From: Tubiluchus corallicola
Taxonomy: Eukaryota > Animalia > Priapulida
Assembly: GCA_030141605.1 (NCBI GenBank)
Contig: JAQGDQ010000576.1
Coordinates: forward strand, 1 to 64,000
DNA: 64,000 nt
Direction: 5' to 3'
Below the pieces are notes generated by a model. It was not told where the DNA came from and did not search any database. It worked only from the letters and a program-made list of their open reading frames with translations. A program made the position numbers and the translations under genes. The stretch's first letter is position 1. Every line of letters begins with the position of its first letter. This document shows, piece after piece, positions 26,439-38,523 of this stretch.

Positions 26439-27290
26439 ATGACTAATCAGACAGGAAATACAACTTACAGCGAAAAACAAGGGAATGTTCTTATTTTGTC
26501 AGTGGTGCTGCATTTACTCTTGGCAGTCCTTGTAACGGTCAGTAATCTTCTAGTTCTGGTTGCAGTTTATAAATACAAAGACCTACAGACTAAAATGAAT
26601 GTGATGGTGGTGTCTCTAGCTGTTACGGATTTGTTAATTGGAATAGTCGTAATTCCAATAAAAATCGCCAACAGAGTGCTAGGTTTAGAATGGCTAAAGA
26701 CGGGCTCGATGGTTGTGTTTATTACTTTGAGTTACGTGAATATTCTGCATCTGTCTGTCATAGCTACTGAAAGATATGTGGCTGTTTTGCATCCGTACAA
26801 GTACAATGTGTACGTTACAAAGAAAACCTTAATTTGCACACTTGCTGTAACATGGTTACTTGGAAACGGTAGCGCATGGATATTCAGTTTATATTTATGG
26901 CATAAAAATGAAGTGATCTCTATGATCCTCACTTTTGAACGCATTTTACTCTTCCACATACCGATGGTTATAATTTGTGTCTTGTACGGGCTAATATGGA
27001 GGGCAGCACGGAGGCAACTAATGAGAATTCATCAAGAAAATCAGCAAACGAGAATAAAAGTATCAGAAATGAAAGCAACAAAAATGCTGACTGCAGTCAC
27101 GCTGGCATTCGTGATTTGCTGGGGTCCTAGGTTTAACGTACCGGCAGACCTCATTTCTTCTGAGAAATTGCGATCGCTTTTTGCATGGCTAGGAAACTGC
27201 AACAGCTTTGTAAATCCATTCATCTATGCAATCCTCAACAGCAAATTCAGAAAAGCCTTTAAGACGATTTGTATGTGCAAAAGTGAATAG
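26439..27290 (+). CDS. intronless class A (rhodopsin-like) GPCR, copy 1 (divergent)
   Basis: Seven hydrophobic segments; SN in TM1, SLAVTD in TM2, ATERY, W4.50, FHIP, CWGP, NPFIY, helix 8 FRKAF. Confidence 0.93.
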   Translation: MTNQTGNTTYSEKQGNVLILSVVLHLLLAVLVTVSNLLVLVAVYKYKDLQTKMNVMVVSLAVTDLLIGIVVIPIKIANRVLGLEWLKTGSMVVFITLSYVNILHLSVIATERYVAVLHPYKYNVYVTKKTLICTLAVTWLLGNGSAWIFSLYLWHKNEVISMILTFERILLFHIPMVIICVLYGLIWRAARRQLMRIHQENQQTRIKVSEMKATKMLTAVTLAFVICWGPRFNVPADLISSEKLRSLFAWLGNCNSFVNPFIYAILNSKFRKAFKTICMCKSE

Positions 27291-27589
27291 GCTAACTGGT
27301 GTTATTTTTACATTTTAATCACGAGATTTTGCAAAATGTTTCTACAGTCCACATACTAACTATTCCATTGTTTGTTGGTAATCAATTTATCGCTATTCTA
27401 CAACATAAAGTCAGACGAGAACTTGACATTATTAAGAACTAATTTTATGTGGAATGCAGCAGATGAAGTGAAGCAAAATGTTTTCTGTCCTCTGCACTTT
27501 CTGTTTTATTTGCACACTGACACTGCTATAATTGCTGGTGACTCACTAGTCCCTTGTCACTGCATTATTTGTAGCCACACGAAATACGA

Positions 27590-28020
27590 ACAGCTCTAAA
27601 CTAAAATTAACCCGGTCGATACGTCTCTAATTGCAACAAATTGGAGAAACTTTACTCGTATGGTGTTGATGGCAAAGTGAACAGTTGGATAACGAGCTTC
27701 CTGAGTGATCGAACTCAGTTTGTTGTAATCGATGGTGCATCTTCGATTAGAGCCTCTGTTAAATCTGGAGTCTCTCAAGGATCCGTACTTGGGCCGTGCC
27801 TATTTCTATTTACATAAAAGATATCGCCAAAGGTTTGTGGTCTAAAATGCACCTGTTTTCTCAACACACCATGTCTTACTAAGCAGCAAAGAATGAACAA
27901 GATGCTAGAAAACTTCAAGAGGGTCTGGATGATCATGTAGCCTGGTCAAGCAAATGGAAGATGGAATTCAGCCTGACAAGTACAAAGTCATCAGTATAAC
28001 AAGGAAGACAAATGCAGTGA
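27590..28020 (+). mobile_element. degenerate CR1/L2-like LINE reverse transcriptase fragment
   Basis: Translates with frameshifts to WITSFLSDRTQFVVIDG..SGVSQGSVLGPCLFL..LQEGLD..WSSKWKMEF. Confidence 0.85.
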
Positions 28021-28720
28021 AGTAAGTACGCATGCATGTATGTGTGTATGTATGTATGTATGTAAGTTATTTTGCTTCAAACATAAGGTACATAAAACAT
28101 ATTTACAGAGAGATTTTATAAGGTTAATAAAATAAATGTTTACATGTTCGAATTTTGACAAACATACAATGTAAATTGTTAGTTTATTTGTAAGTTTGCC
28201 TAATCTTACATGATGAATGCAGTCCTACATATGTCATGCTTAACTTGACGAATCTCTAAAAATGCATCCATCCTTTGTAACGCGGATAAAAATTTGTACA
28301 AGTCTGCTTTTACAGAGGTGTAGGAATATTTATCCATCCTTTTAGTGCAGATAGCATTTGTTCAGGTCTGCTTTTATAAAGGCATAAAAGACAGAAGACA
28401 GAAGCATTTTATACAAATAGGTTTTTTTGTATCACTTTATTTATGTAACATGAAAGACACTCATATAATGGGGGAGTTATGACAGCAACAGAGTGACAAA
28501 AGTTAGATGATGTTTGACAGAGACATTAACAAAGCAGCAATTACTTCCACACATGTTCCTTTTATTTGCGCTGTAGACCTGTAATGGGTAAGCAAACGTT
28601 TTACCTGCACTAGTGAAAGCTGTGCTCATTGATCGTTATTAGCAAAAACATTCGGTTCGCAGATGAGAATGCAACAACTGTGACTTGTGGTGCTAATTAT
28701 TTTGCTTAAATTTCAAGAAG

Positions 28721-28728
28721 TATATAAA
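28721..28728 (+). promoter_or_regulatory. putative TATA box of GPCR copy 2 (also at 31877, 34774, 37613 and 40353 for copies 3-6)
   Basis: TATATAAA about 60 nt upstream of the conserved ATG in five paralogs. Confidence 0.5.
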
Positions 28729-28780
28729 CAAACACTGTCTATCACAGAACTTTGCAGTTTATAGTAATCTGTTCGAGGCG

Positions 28781-29629
28781 ATGACTAATTTGACAGAGAA
28801 CATCACTTACAGCGAAAAACAAGACAGCGAAATCATTTTAGTGTTGACTCTGCATTTAATCTTGGCCATTCCCATAATTGTTGGTAATCTTCTTGTTCTG
28901 GTTGCTGTTTGTAAATATCAACAGTTGCAGACAAAAATGAATGCAATGGTCGTGTCACTAGCTGTTACGGATTTGTTAATCGGCGTAATCGTTATTCCGC
29001 TAAAAGTAGTCGACATACTGAAAAATTTAAGAGAGTCTAGACCAGTAATGGTTCTAGTAGTTGTGACGTTAACTTATACAAGTATTCTGCACCTGGTTGT
29101 CATAGCTGCTGAAAGATACATGGCTGTTTTACATCCGTACAAGTACAATATATATGTCACTAAGAAAACGATAATTTGTGCACTTGCCATTACATGGCTG
29201 CTTGGGACTATTGCAGCCTGCATTTTCATCTCATTTTCACAGGACAAAAAGGAAATGTTGTTCATTTTCTTCATTTTCGAACGCATTTTACTTTTCTACA
29301 TACCGATAATTATAATTTCTGTTTTGTATGTGTTAATATGGAGGGCAGCACGGAGGCAAGTGTTGAGAATTCATCAAGAAAATACGGAAACCAGTATAAA
29401 AGTATCAGAAATGAAAGCAACAAAAATGCTGACTGCAGTCACCCTGGCATTCGTGATTTGCTGGGGACCTAGATTCATCGTGCCTGGGAGCATTATGTCC
29501 ATTGAAATGCAAATGTTCATCTTCTGGTTGGGGCATTGTAATAGTTTCGTAAATCCACTCATCTATGCAGTTCTGAATAGCAAATTCAGAGAAGCCTTCA
29601 AGAAGATTTGCTTGTGTAAAAATGATTGA
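28781..29629 (+). CDS. intronless class A GPCR, copy 2
   Basis: 282 aa; GN, SLAVTD, SILHL..AAERY, FYIP, CWGP, NPLIY. Confidence 0.93.
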   Translation: MTNLTENITYSEKQDSEIILVLTLHLILAIPIIVGNLLVLVAVCKYQQLQTKMNAMVVSLAVTDLLIGVIVIPLKVVDILKNLRESRPVMVLVVVTLTYTSILHLVVIAAERYMAVLHPYKYNIYVTKKTIICALAITWLLGTIAACIFISFSQDKKEMLFIFFIFERILLFYIPIIIISVLYVLIWRAARRQVLRIHQENTETSIKVSEMKATKMLTAVTLAFVICWGPRFIVPGSIMSIEMQMFIFWLGHCNSFVNPLIYAVLNSKFREAFKKICLCKND

Positions 29630-30617
29630 GTTCAGCCATGTTAAAGTGCGTGTACAAGGAACAGTGTTTTTCCGGCTGGAAACAGTAACAGTTTCGTGAA
29701 CCGGTCGTCTATGCAACTATTAACAATAAGTTCAGAACAGCCTTTAAGAAGATTAGCTTGTACAAAAAAACCAACTGTTTGATGGGTAATGTTTGTTTGC
29801 TTTTTATGGGCCAATGTCGTGCAGTCGAAGTGCAACCACTGATGCAAAAATAATGACGTCATGTATAGTTTTCTTCAGCAACTGCTGTTAGTACATGAAA
29901 TCTACGTAACCTACTTATAGGCAAATTGTTATTGTACTGTAACTGTAATTGTAAGTGAATAGCATTGCACAATCTGTATTGCACAGTTGTCGCAAATGGA
30001 AGATTTTTTTCATTTTTCATTAGTTACTAGTTGTAATAAAAAATTTCAATTGTGGATGTTAAACTGGACATCAAAATCCTTCATATTGCAAAGTCCTCAA
30101 TTTTACCAGCTGGTCAAAATTGAATGACATGACAATTTAAAATACAACAAAACTGCATGTTTCTGTTAACTATAATTCGTTCGTCTTTAAGTTTACCTAT
30201 TCACTTATTCACCTTTATTCGAATCTTTTGTTTAGCAACAAGTCACCTATTCAAGTTTAAATTGTTTGCTTGTTTGCCCAACGTTACTTTATTATTCCAG
30301 CCCTATGCTGTCCCACATTTAACTTAATGACATTGTGTGAAATAAGACTTAACTGAATCTTATAATCAGCTTCAAAGTCTTTGCAAATCCATGCAAGCAT
30401 GTTTAGTTGCTTGTTGTTTGAAACATATTATGGCTAGACATCTTTTATTAGTTTTACTGAGTGAAGATACAGGAAGGAAGATTTATGTATACAACTCGCT
30501 AATCTAAAAGCACGGAAGGTGGAAGAAGTGATGTGCAGTCTATTAATGGCTTTATTTGTGTCACAACAATAAAATTTTCTCCTGACAGTTCACCTTTAAG
30601 GTCACTTGAGATGTTCA

Positions 30618-30830
30618 AGTAAGTAAGTAAGTAAGTGAGTGAGTGAGTGAGTAAGTAAGTAAGTAAAAAAATAATTAAGTAAGTAAATAATTAAACAAGT
30701 AAGTAAATACGTAAGAAAGTAAATAAGTAAGTGAGTGAATAAGTAAATAATTAAGTAAGTAAATAAATAAATAAGTAAATAAGTAAGCAAGCAAATAAGT
30801 GAGTAAGTAAATAAGAAGGTAAGTAAAAAA
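30618..30830. repeat. compound AGTA/AGTG/AATA microsatellite, present in each GPCR repeat unit (also ~33771-34070, 36670-36972, 39508-39740, 42603-42962)
   Basis: Directly visible tetranucleotide tracts at equivalent positions. Confidence 0.9.
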
Positions 30831-30833
30831 ATA

Positions 30834-31232
30834 CCGTAAACCGCAAATAAGCCTACATCATATAAGCCGACCCCTAAAAGTGCTAAATGGCCAGTTTTTG
30901 CAAAAACCCGTATATAAGCCGACCATCAACTTGTCAATTTTACTCCACACCCAATCAACAAAATTGATCTTTTTGTCACATTTTGTTAATTGGTATTTTT
31001 GGTTCATAGAATTTTTTACTATAAAGATGTAAAATGCTTACTTTTATGTTACATACTAGAAGAAATTATACATTGGTGACACACAACCAAATAAAGAGTC
31101 GATAGCGATGAAATGTGGCTGGAAAATTGGCATTAGTGTCTGTCCTTGTTCATTTTGTATGCGCATATAAGCCGACCCTCATTTCAGTATTGTATTTATA
31201 GTTCTAAATTCGGCTTATATGAGTATATACGG
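30834..31232. mobile_element. Tc1/mariner (Tc2-like) MITE, inserted only in the spacer between GPCR copies 2 and 3
   Basis: TA|CCGTA...TACGG|TA with ATATAAGCCGAC subterminal repeats; absent at the equivalent site in the other units. Confidence 0.8.
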
Positions 31233-31938
31233 TACGTAAGTTATTTTGTTTCAAACACAAGGTTAAGAAAGCATATTTACAGCGAAACACTTAAATTTAC
31301 AGAAATTATAAGATTAATAAAATAAATGTTCACAAGTTAGCATCTTGTACAAAATACAGTAAATTATAAGTCATAAATTTATCTAATCTGACCTTATGAG
31401 CCCAGCCCTATATTGTCTGCAAAAAGATTCATCCATCTTTGGCAACTGGGATAAAAAATTTGCAAGTCTGCTTTTACGGCCGAGTAAAAACATTTATCCA
31501 TCCTTTTAGTGCAGATAACACTCATACAAGTCTGTTTTCATGAAGGTATAAAAAGCAGAAACATTTTATACAAAACACTTCTATGTATCACTTTATTTAT
31601 GTAACTTGAAAGGCAATCATATAATGGGGGATTTATGAGAGCAAAAGAGGAACAAAAGTTAGATGGTGTTTGACAGAGACATTAACAAAGCAGCCATTAC
31701 TTCCACACATGTTCCTTTTATTTGCGCTGTAGACCTGTAATGGGTAAGCAAACGTTTTACCTGCACTAGTAAAAGCTGTGCTCCTTTATCATTATCAGCA
31801 AAAACATTTGACTCGCAGATGAGAATGCAATAACTGTGACCTGTCGTGCTAATTATTTTGCTTAAATTTCAAGAAGTATATAAACATAAACACTGTCTAT
31901 CACAGAAATTTGCAGTTTATCGTAATCTGTTCGAGGCG

Positions 31939-32787
31939 ATGACTAATTTGACAGAGAACATCACTTATAGCGGAAAACAAGACAGCGAAATCATTTTAGT
32001 GTTGACTCTACATTTAATCTTGGCCATTCCCATAATTGTTGGTAATCTTCTTGTTCTGGTTGCTGTTTGTAAATATGAACAGTTGCAGACAAAAATGAAT
32101 GCAATGGTCGTGTCACTAGCTGTTACGGATTTGTTAATCGGCGTAATCGTTATTCCGCTAAAAATAGTCGACATACTGAAAAATTTAAGAGAGTCTAGAC
32201 CAGTAATGGTTCTAGTAGTTATGACTTTAACTTATACGAGTATTCTGCACCTGTGTGTCATAGCTGCTGAAAGATACATGGCTGTTTTGCATCCATACAA
32301 GTACAATATATATGTCACTAAGAAAACGATAATTTGCGCACTTGCCATTACATGGCTGCTTGGGACTATTGCAGCCTGCATTTTCATCTCATTTTCACGG
32401 GATAAAATGGAAACGTTGTTCATTTTCTTAATTTTCAAACGCATTTTATTTTTTCACGTACCAATAATTATAACTTCTGTCTTGTATGGGTTAATATGGA
32501 AGGCAGCACGGAGGCAAGTGTTGAGAATTCATCAAGAAAATCCGGAAACCAGTATAAAAGTATCAGAAATGAAGGCAACAAAAATGTTGACTGCAGTCAC
32601 GCTGGCATTCATGATTTGCTGGGGTCCTAGATTCATCATGCCTGGGAGCATTATGTCCATTGAAATGCAAATGTTCATCTTCTGGTTGGGGCATTGTAAC
32701 AGTTTCGTAAATCCATTCATCTATGCAGTTCTGAACAGCAAATTCAGAGAAGCTTTCAAGAAGATTTGCCTGTGTAAAAATGATTGA
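31939..32787 (+). CDS. intronless class A GPCR, copy 3
   Basis: Conserved start MTNLTENITY; same motif set as copy 2. Confidence 0.93.
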   Translation: MTNLTENITYSGKQDSEIILVLTLHLILAIPIIVGNLLVLVAVCKYEQLQTKMNAMVVSLAVTDLLIGVIVIPLKIVDILKNLRESRPVMVLVVMTLTYTSILHLCVIAAERYMAVLHPYKYNIYVTKKTIICALAITWLLGTIAACIFISFSRDKMETLFIFLIFKRILFFHVPIIITSVLYGLIWKAARRQVLRIHQENPETSIKVSEMKATKMLTAVTLAFMICWGPRFIMPGSIMSIEMQMFIFWLGHCNSFVNPFIYAVLNSKFREAFKKICLCKND

Positions 32788-34835
32788 GTTCAGCCGTGTT
32801 AAATTGCATCTATTGGGAACAATGTTTTTCAGGCTTGACACAGTAACAGTTTCGTAAACCATTCGTCTATGCAACTGTTAGCAATAAGTTCAGAACAGTC
32901 TTTAAGAAGATTAGCTTGTGCAAAAAACCAAATGTTTGACGGTGATGTCTGTTTGTTCTTTATGGGCCAGTGTCATGCAATCGAAGTGCAACCACTGATT
33001 CAAAAATAATGACATCAAGTATAGTTTTCTTCAGCAACTGCTGTTGGTACATGAAATCTACGTAACCTACTTATAGGCAAATTGTTATTGTACTGTAACT
33101 GTAATTGTAAGTGAATAGCATTGCACAATCTGTATTGCACAGTTGTCGCAAATGGAAGATTTTTTTCATTTTTCATTAGTTACTAGTTGTAATAAGAAAT
33201 TTCAATTGTGGATGTTAAACTGGACATCAAAATGCTTCATATTGTAAAGTCCTCAATTTTACCAGCTGGGCAGAATTTAATGACATGACAATTTAAATAC
33301 AACAAAACTGCATGTTTCTGTTAACTATAATTCGTTCGTTTTTAAGTTTACCTATTCACTTATTCACCTTTATTCGAATCTTTTGTTTATCAACAAGTCA
33401 CCTATTCAAGTTTAAATTGTTTGCTTGTTTGCCCAATGTTACTTTATTATTCCAACCCTCTGCTGTCCCACATTTAACTTAATGACATTGTGTGAAATAA
33501 GACTTAACTGCATCTTATAATCACCTTCAAAATCTTTGCAAATCAATGAAAGCATGTTTAATTGCTTGTTGCTTGAAACATAGTATGGCTAGACATCTTT
33601 TATTAGTTTTACTGAGTGAAGATACAGGAAGGAAGATTAATGTATACAACTCGCTAATCTAAAAGCACGGAAGGTGGAAGAAGTGATGTACAGTCTATTA
33701 ATGGCTTTATTTGTGTGACAATAATAAAATTTTCTCCTGGCAGTTCACCTTTAAACTCACTTGATATGCTCAAATAAGTAAGTAAGAAAGCAAGTAAATA
33801 AGTGAGTTAGTGAGTGAGTAAGTAAATAAGTAAGTGATTGAGTGAGCAAGTAAATAAGAAAGTAAGTAAATCTGTATGTAAGTGGATAATTAAGTAAGTA
33901 AGCGAGTGAGTGAGTGAATGAATGAGTAAGTGAGTGAGTGAGTGAGCAAGATAGAAAATAAGTATGCAAGTAAGTGAATGAGTAAGTAATTAATTAAATA
34001 TTAAGTAAGGATGAAAGTAAGTTAGAAAGTACATAAGAAAGAGAAGTAACTGAGTAAATAAGTAAGTAAGGTATTTTGTTTCAAACACTAGGTTAAAAAA
34101 CATATTTACAGCAAAACACTAATATTTACAGAAATTATAAGATTAATAAAATAAATGTTTACAAGTTAGCATCTTGTACAAAATACAGCAAATCATCAGC
34201 CATAAATTTACCTAATCTGACCTTATGAACTTAGCCTATATTGTCTGCAAATAGAGTCACCCATCCTTGGTAACTGGGATAAAAATTCGTACAAGCCTGC
34301 TTTTACAAAGGTGTAGAAATATTTATCCATCCTTTTGGTGCAGATAACATTTGTACAAGTCTGCTTTTACAAAGGTGTAGAAATATTTATCCATCCTTTT
34401 GGTGCAGATAACATTTGTACAAGTCTGCTTTTATAAAGGCATAAAAGACAGAAGACAGAAGCATTTTATACATGACACTTCTATGTATCACTTTATTTAT
34501 GCCATCTGAAAAAGGTACTCATATAATGGGGAAGAATCAACAGAGGAACAACAGTTAGATGACTGTTTGACAGAGACATTAACAAAGCAGCCATTATTTC
34601 CACACATGTTCCTTTTATTTGCACTGTAGACCTGTAATGGGTAGGCAAACGTTTTACCTGCACTAGTGAAAGCTGTGCTCATTTATCATTATCAGCAAAA
34701 ACATTTGGTGTGCAGATGACAATGCAATAACTGTGACCTATGGTGCTAATTATTTTGCTTAAATTTCAAGAAGTATATAAACATAAACACTGTCTATCAC
34801 AGAAATTTGCAGTTTATAGTAATCTGTTCGAGGCG

Positions 34836-35684
34836 ATGACTAATTTGACAGAGAACATCACTTACAGCGGAAAACAAAACAGCAAAATCATTTTAGTGTT
34901 GACTCTGCATTTAATCTTGGCCATTCCCATAATTGTTGGTAATCTTCTTGTTCTGGTTGCTGTTTGTAAATATGAACAGTTGCAGACAAAAATGAATGCA
35001 ATGGCCGTGTCACTAGCTGTTACGGATTTGTTAATCGGAGTAATCGTTCTTCCGCTAAAAATTGTCGACATACTGAAAAATTTAAGAGAGTCTAGACCAG
35101 TAATGGTTCTAGTAGTTATGACTTTATCTTATACGAGTATTCTGCACCTATGTGTCATAGCTGCTGAAAGATACATGGCTGTTTTACATCCATACAAGTA
35201 CAATATATATGTCACTAAGAAAACGATAATTTGCACACTTGCGATTACATGGCTGCTTGGGACTATTGCAGCCTGCATTTTCATCTCATTTTCACAGGAC
35301 AAAAAGGAAATGTTGTTCATTTTCTTCATTTTCGAACGCATTTTACTTTTCTACATACCGATAATTATAATTTCTGGTTTGTATGTGTTAATATGGAGGG
35401 CAGCACGGAGGCAAGTGTTGAGAATTCATCAAGAAAATCCTGAAACCAGTATAAAAGTATCAGAAATGAAAGCAACAAAAATGCTGACTGCAGTCACCCT
35501 GGCATTCGTGATTTGCTGGGGACCTAGATTCGTCGTGCTTGGGCAAAATACACCTATTCAAATGCGAGGGTTTATCTTCTGGTTGGGGGATTGTAACAGT
35601 TTCGTAAATCCATTCATCTATGCAGTTCTGAACAGCAAATTCAGAGAAGCTTTCAAGAATATTTGCCTGTGTAAAAATGATTAA
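34836..35684 (+). CDS. intronless class A GPCR, copy 4
   Basis: Same motif set; distinct ECL3 (VLGQNTPIQMRG). An in-frame upstream ATG exists at 34740. Confidence 0.93.
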   Translation: MTNLTENITYSGKQNSKIILVLTLHLILAIPIIVGNLLVLVAVCKYEQLQTKMNAMAVSLAVTDLLIGVIVLPLKIVDILKNLRESRPVMVLVVMTLSYTSILHLCVIAAERYMAVLHPYKYNIYVTKKTIICTLAITWLLGTIAACIFISFSQDKKEMLFIFFIFERILLFYIPIIIISGLYVLIWRAARRQVLRIHQENPETSIKVSEMKATKMLTAVTLAFVICWGPRFVVLGQNTPIQMRGFIFWLGDCNSFVNPFIYAVLNSKFREAFKNICLCKND

Positions 35685-37674
35685 GTTCAGCCGTGTGAAA
35701 TTGCATCTATTGGGAACAATGTTTTTCTGGCTTGACACAGTAACAGTTTCGTAAACCAGTCGTCTATGCAACTGTTAGCAATGAGTTCAGAACAGTCTTA
35801 AAGAAGATTAGCTTGTGCAAAAAAACCAACTTTTTGACGTTGATGTTTGTTTGTTTTTTATGGGTCAGTGTCGTGCAATCGAAGTGCAACCACTGATGCA
35901 AAAATAATGACGTCATATATAGTTTTCTTGAGCAACTGCTGTTAATACATGAAATCTACGTAACCTACTTATAGGCAAATTGTTATTGTACTGTAACTGT
36001 AATTGTAAGTGAATAGCATTGCATAATATGTACTGCACCGTTGTTGCAAATGGAAGATTTTTTTCATTTCTCATTAGCTACTAGTTGTAATAAAAAATTT
36101 CAATTGTGGATGGTAAACTGGACATCAAAATCCTTCATATTGCAAAGTCATCAATTTTACCAGCTGGTCAAAACTTAATGACATCACAATTTAAATACAA
36201 CAAAATTGCATGTTTCTGTTAACTATAATTCGTTCATCTTTAAGTTTACCTATTCACTTATTCACCTTTATTCGAATCTTTTGTTTAGCAACAAGTCACC
36301 TATTCAAGTTTAAATTGTTTGCTTGTTTGCCCAACGTTACTTTATTACTCCAGCCCTATGCTGTCCCACATTTAACTTAATGACATTGTGCGAAATAAGA
36401 TTTAACTGAATCTTATAATCACCTTCAAAATATTTGCAAATCAATGCAAGCATGTTTAATTGCTTGTTGTTTGAAACATAGTACAGCTAAACATCTTTTA
36501 CTAGTTTTACTGAGTGAAGATACAGGAAGGAAGATTTATGTATACAACTCGCTAATCTAAAAGCACGGAAGGTGGAAGAAGTGATGTACAGTCTATTAAT
36601 GGCTTTATTTGTGTGACAATAATAAAATTTTCTCCTGGCAGTTCACCTTTAAACTCACTTGATATGCTCAAATAAGTAAGTAAGAAAGCAAGTAAATAAG
36701 TGAGTTAGTGAGTGAGTAAGTAAATAAGTAAGTGATTGAGTGAGCAAGTAAATAAGAAAGTAAGTAAATCTGTATGTAAGTGGATAAGTAAGTAAGTAAG
36801 CGAGTGAGTGAGTGAGTGAATGAACGAGTAAGTGAGTGAGTGAGTGAGCAAGATAGAAAATAAGTATGCAAGTAAGTGAATGAGTAAGTAATTAATTAAA
36901 TATTAAGTAAGGATGAAAGTAAGTTAGAAAGTACATAAGAAAGAGAAGTAACTGAGTAAATAAGTAAGTAAGGTATTTTGTTTCAAACACTAGGTTAAAA
37001 AACATATTTACAGCAAAACACTAATATTTACAGAAATTATAAGATTAATAAAATAAATGTTTACAAGTTAGCATCTTGTACAAAATACAGCAAATCATCA
37101 GCCATAAATTTACCTAATCTGACCTTATGAACTTAGCCTATATTGTCTGCAAATAGAGTCACACATCATTGGTAACTGGGATGAAAATTCGTACAAGAAT
37201 GCTTTTACAAAGGTGTAGAAATATTTATCCATCCTTTTGGTGCAGATAACATTTGTACAAGTCTGCTTTTATAAAGGCATAAAAGACAGAAGACAGAAGC
37301 ATTTTATACAAGACGCTTCTATGTATCACTTTATTTATGCCATCTGAAAAAGGTACTCATATAATGGGGAAGAATCAACAGAGGAACAACAGTTAGATGA
37401 CTGTTTGACAGATACATTAACAAAGCAGCAATTACTTCCACACATGTTCCTTTTATTTGCACTGTAGACCTGTAATGGGTAAGCAAAGTGTTTTACCTGC
37501 ACTAGTGAAAGCTGTGCTCATTTATCATTATCAGCAAAAACATTTGGTGTGCAGATGACAATGCAATAACTGTGACCTATGGTGCTAATTATTTTGCTTA
37601 AATTTCAAGAAGTATATAAACATAAACATTGTCTATCACAGAAATTTGCAGTTTATAGTAATCTGTTCGAGGCG

Positions 37675-38523
37675 ATGACTAATTTGACAGAGAACAACAC
37701 TTACAGCGGAAAACAAAACAGCAAAATCATTTTAGTGTTGACTCTGCATTTAATCTTGGCCATTCCCATAATTGTTGGTAATCTTCTTGTTCTGGTTGCT
37801 GTTTGTAAATATGAACAGTTGCAGACAAAAATGAATGCAATGGTCGTGTCACTAGCTGTTACGGATTTGTTAATCGGAGTAATCGTTCTTCCGCTAAAAA
37901 TTGTCGACATACTGAAAAATTTAAGAGAGTCTAGACCAGTAATGGTTCTAGTAGTTATGACTTTATCTTATACGAGTATTCTGCACCTATGTGTCATAGC
38001 TGCTGAAAGATACATGGCTGTTTTGCATCCATACAAGTACAATATATATGTCACTAAGAAAACGATAATTTGCACACTTGCGATTACATGGCTGCTTGGG
38101 ACTATTGCAGCCTGCATTTTCATCTCATTTTCACGGGATAAAAAGGAAATATTGTTCATTTTCTTCATTTTCGAATGCATTTTACTTTTCTACATACCGA
38201 TAACTATAGTTTTTGGTTTGTATGTGTTAATATGGAGGGCAGCACGGAAGCAAGTGTTGAGAATTCATCAAGAAAATCCGGAAACCAGTATAAAAGTATC
38301 AGAAATGAAAGCAACAAAAATGCTGACTGCAGTCACGCTGGCATTCATGATTTGCTGGGGTCCTAGATTCATCATGCCTGGGAGCATTATGTTCCCTAAA
38401 ATGCGAGAGATCATCTTCTGGTTGGGGCATTGTAACAGTTTCGTAAATCCATTCATCTATGCAGTTCTGAACAGCAAATTCAGAGAAGCTTTCAAGAATA
38501 TTTGCCTGTGTAAAAATGATTAA
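37675..38523 (+). CDS. intronless class A GPCR, copy 5
   Basis: Same motif set; ECL3 MPGSIMFPKMRE. An in-frame upstream ATG exists at 37579. Confidence 0.93.
   Translation: MTNLTENNTYSGKQNSKIILVLTLHLILAIPIIVGNLLVLVAVCKYEQLQTKMNAMVVSLAVTDLLIGVIVLPLKIVDILKNLRESRPVMVLVVMTLSYTSILHLCVIAAERYMAVLHPYKYNIYVTKKTIICTLAITWLLGTIAACIFISFSRDKKEILFIFFIFECILLFYIPITIVFGLYVLIWRAARKQVLRIHQENPETSIKVSEMKATKMLTAVTLAFMICWGPRFIMPGSIMFPKMREIIFWLGHCNSFVNPFIYAVLNSKFREAFKNICLCKND

Noticed and set aside
34740-34835. 32-aa N-terminal extension of GPCR copies 4 and 5 from an upstream ATG
   Set aside because: The ATG is GTG in other paralogs, copy 2 has a frameshift here and copy 6 a stop, and the region overlaps the putative TATA box. 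The conserved MTNLTEN start is preferred.
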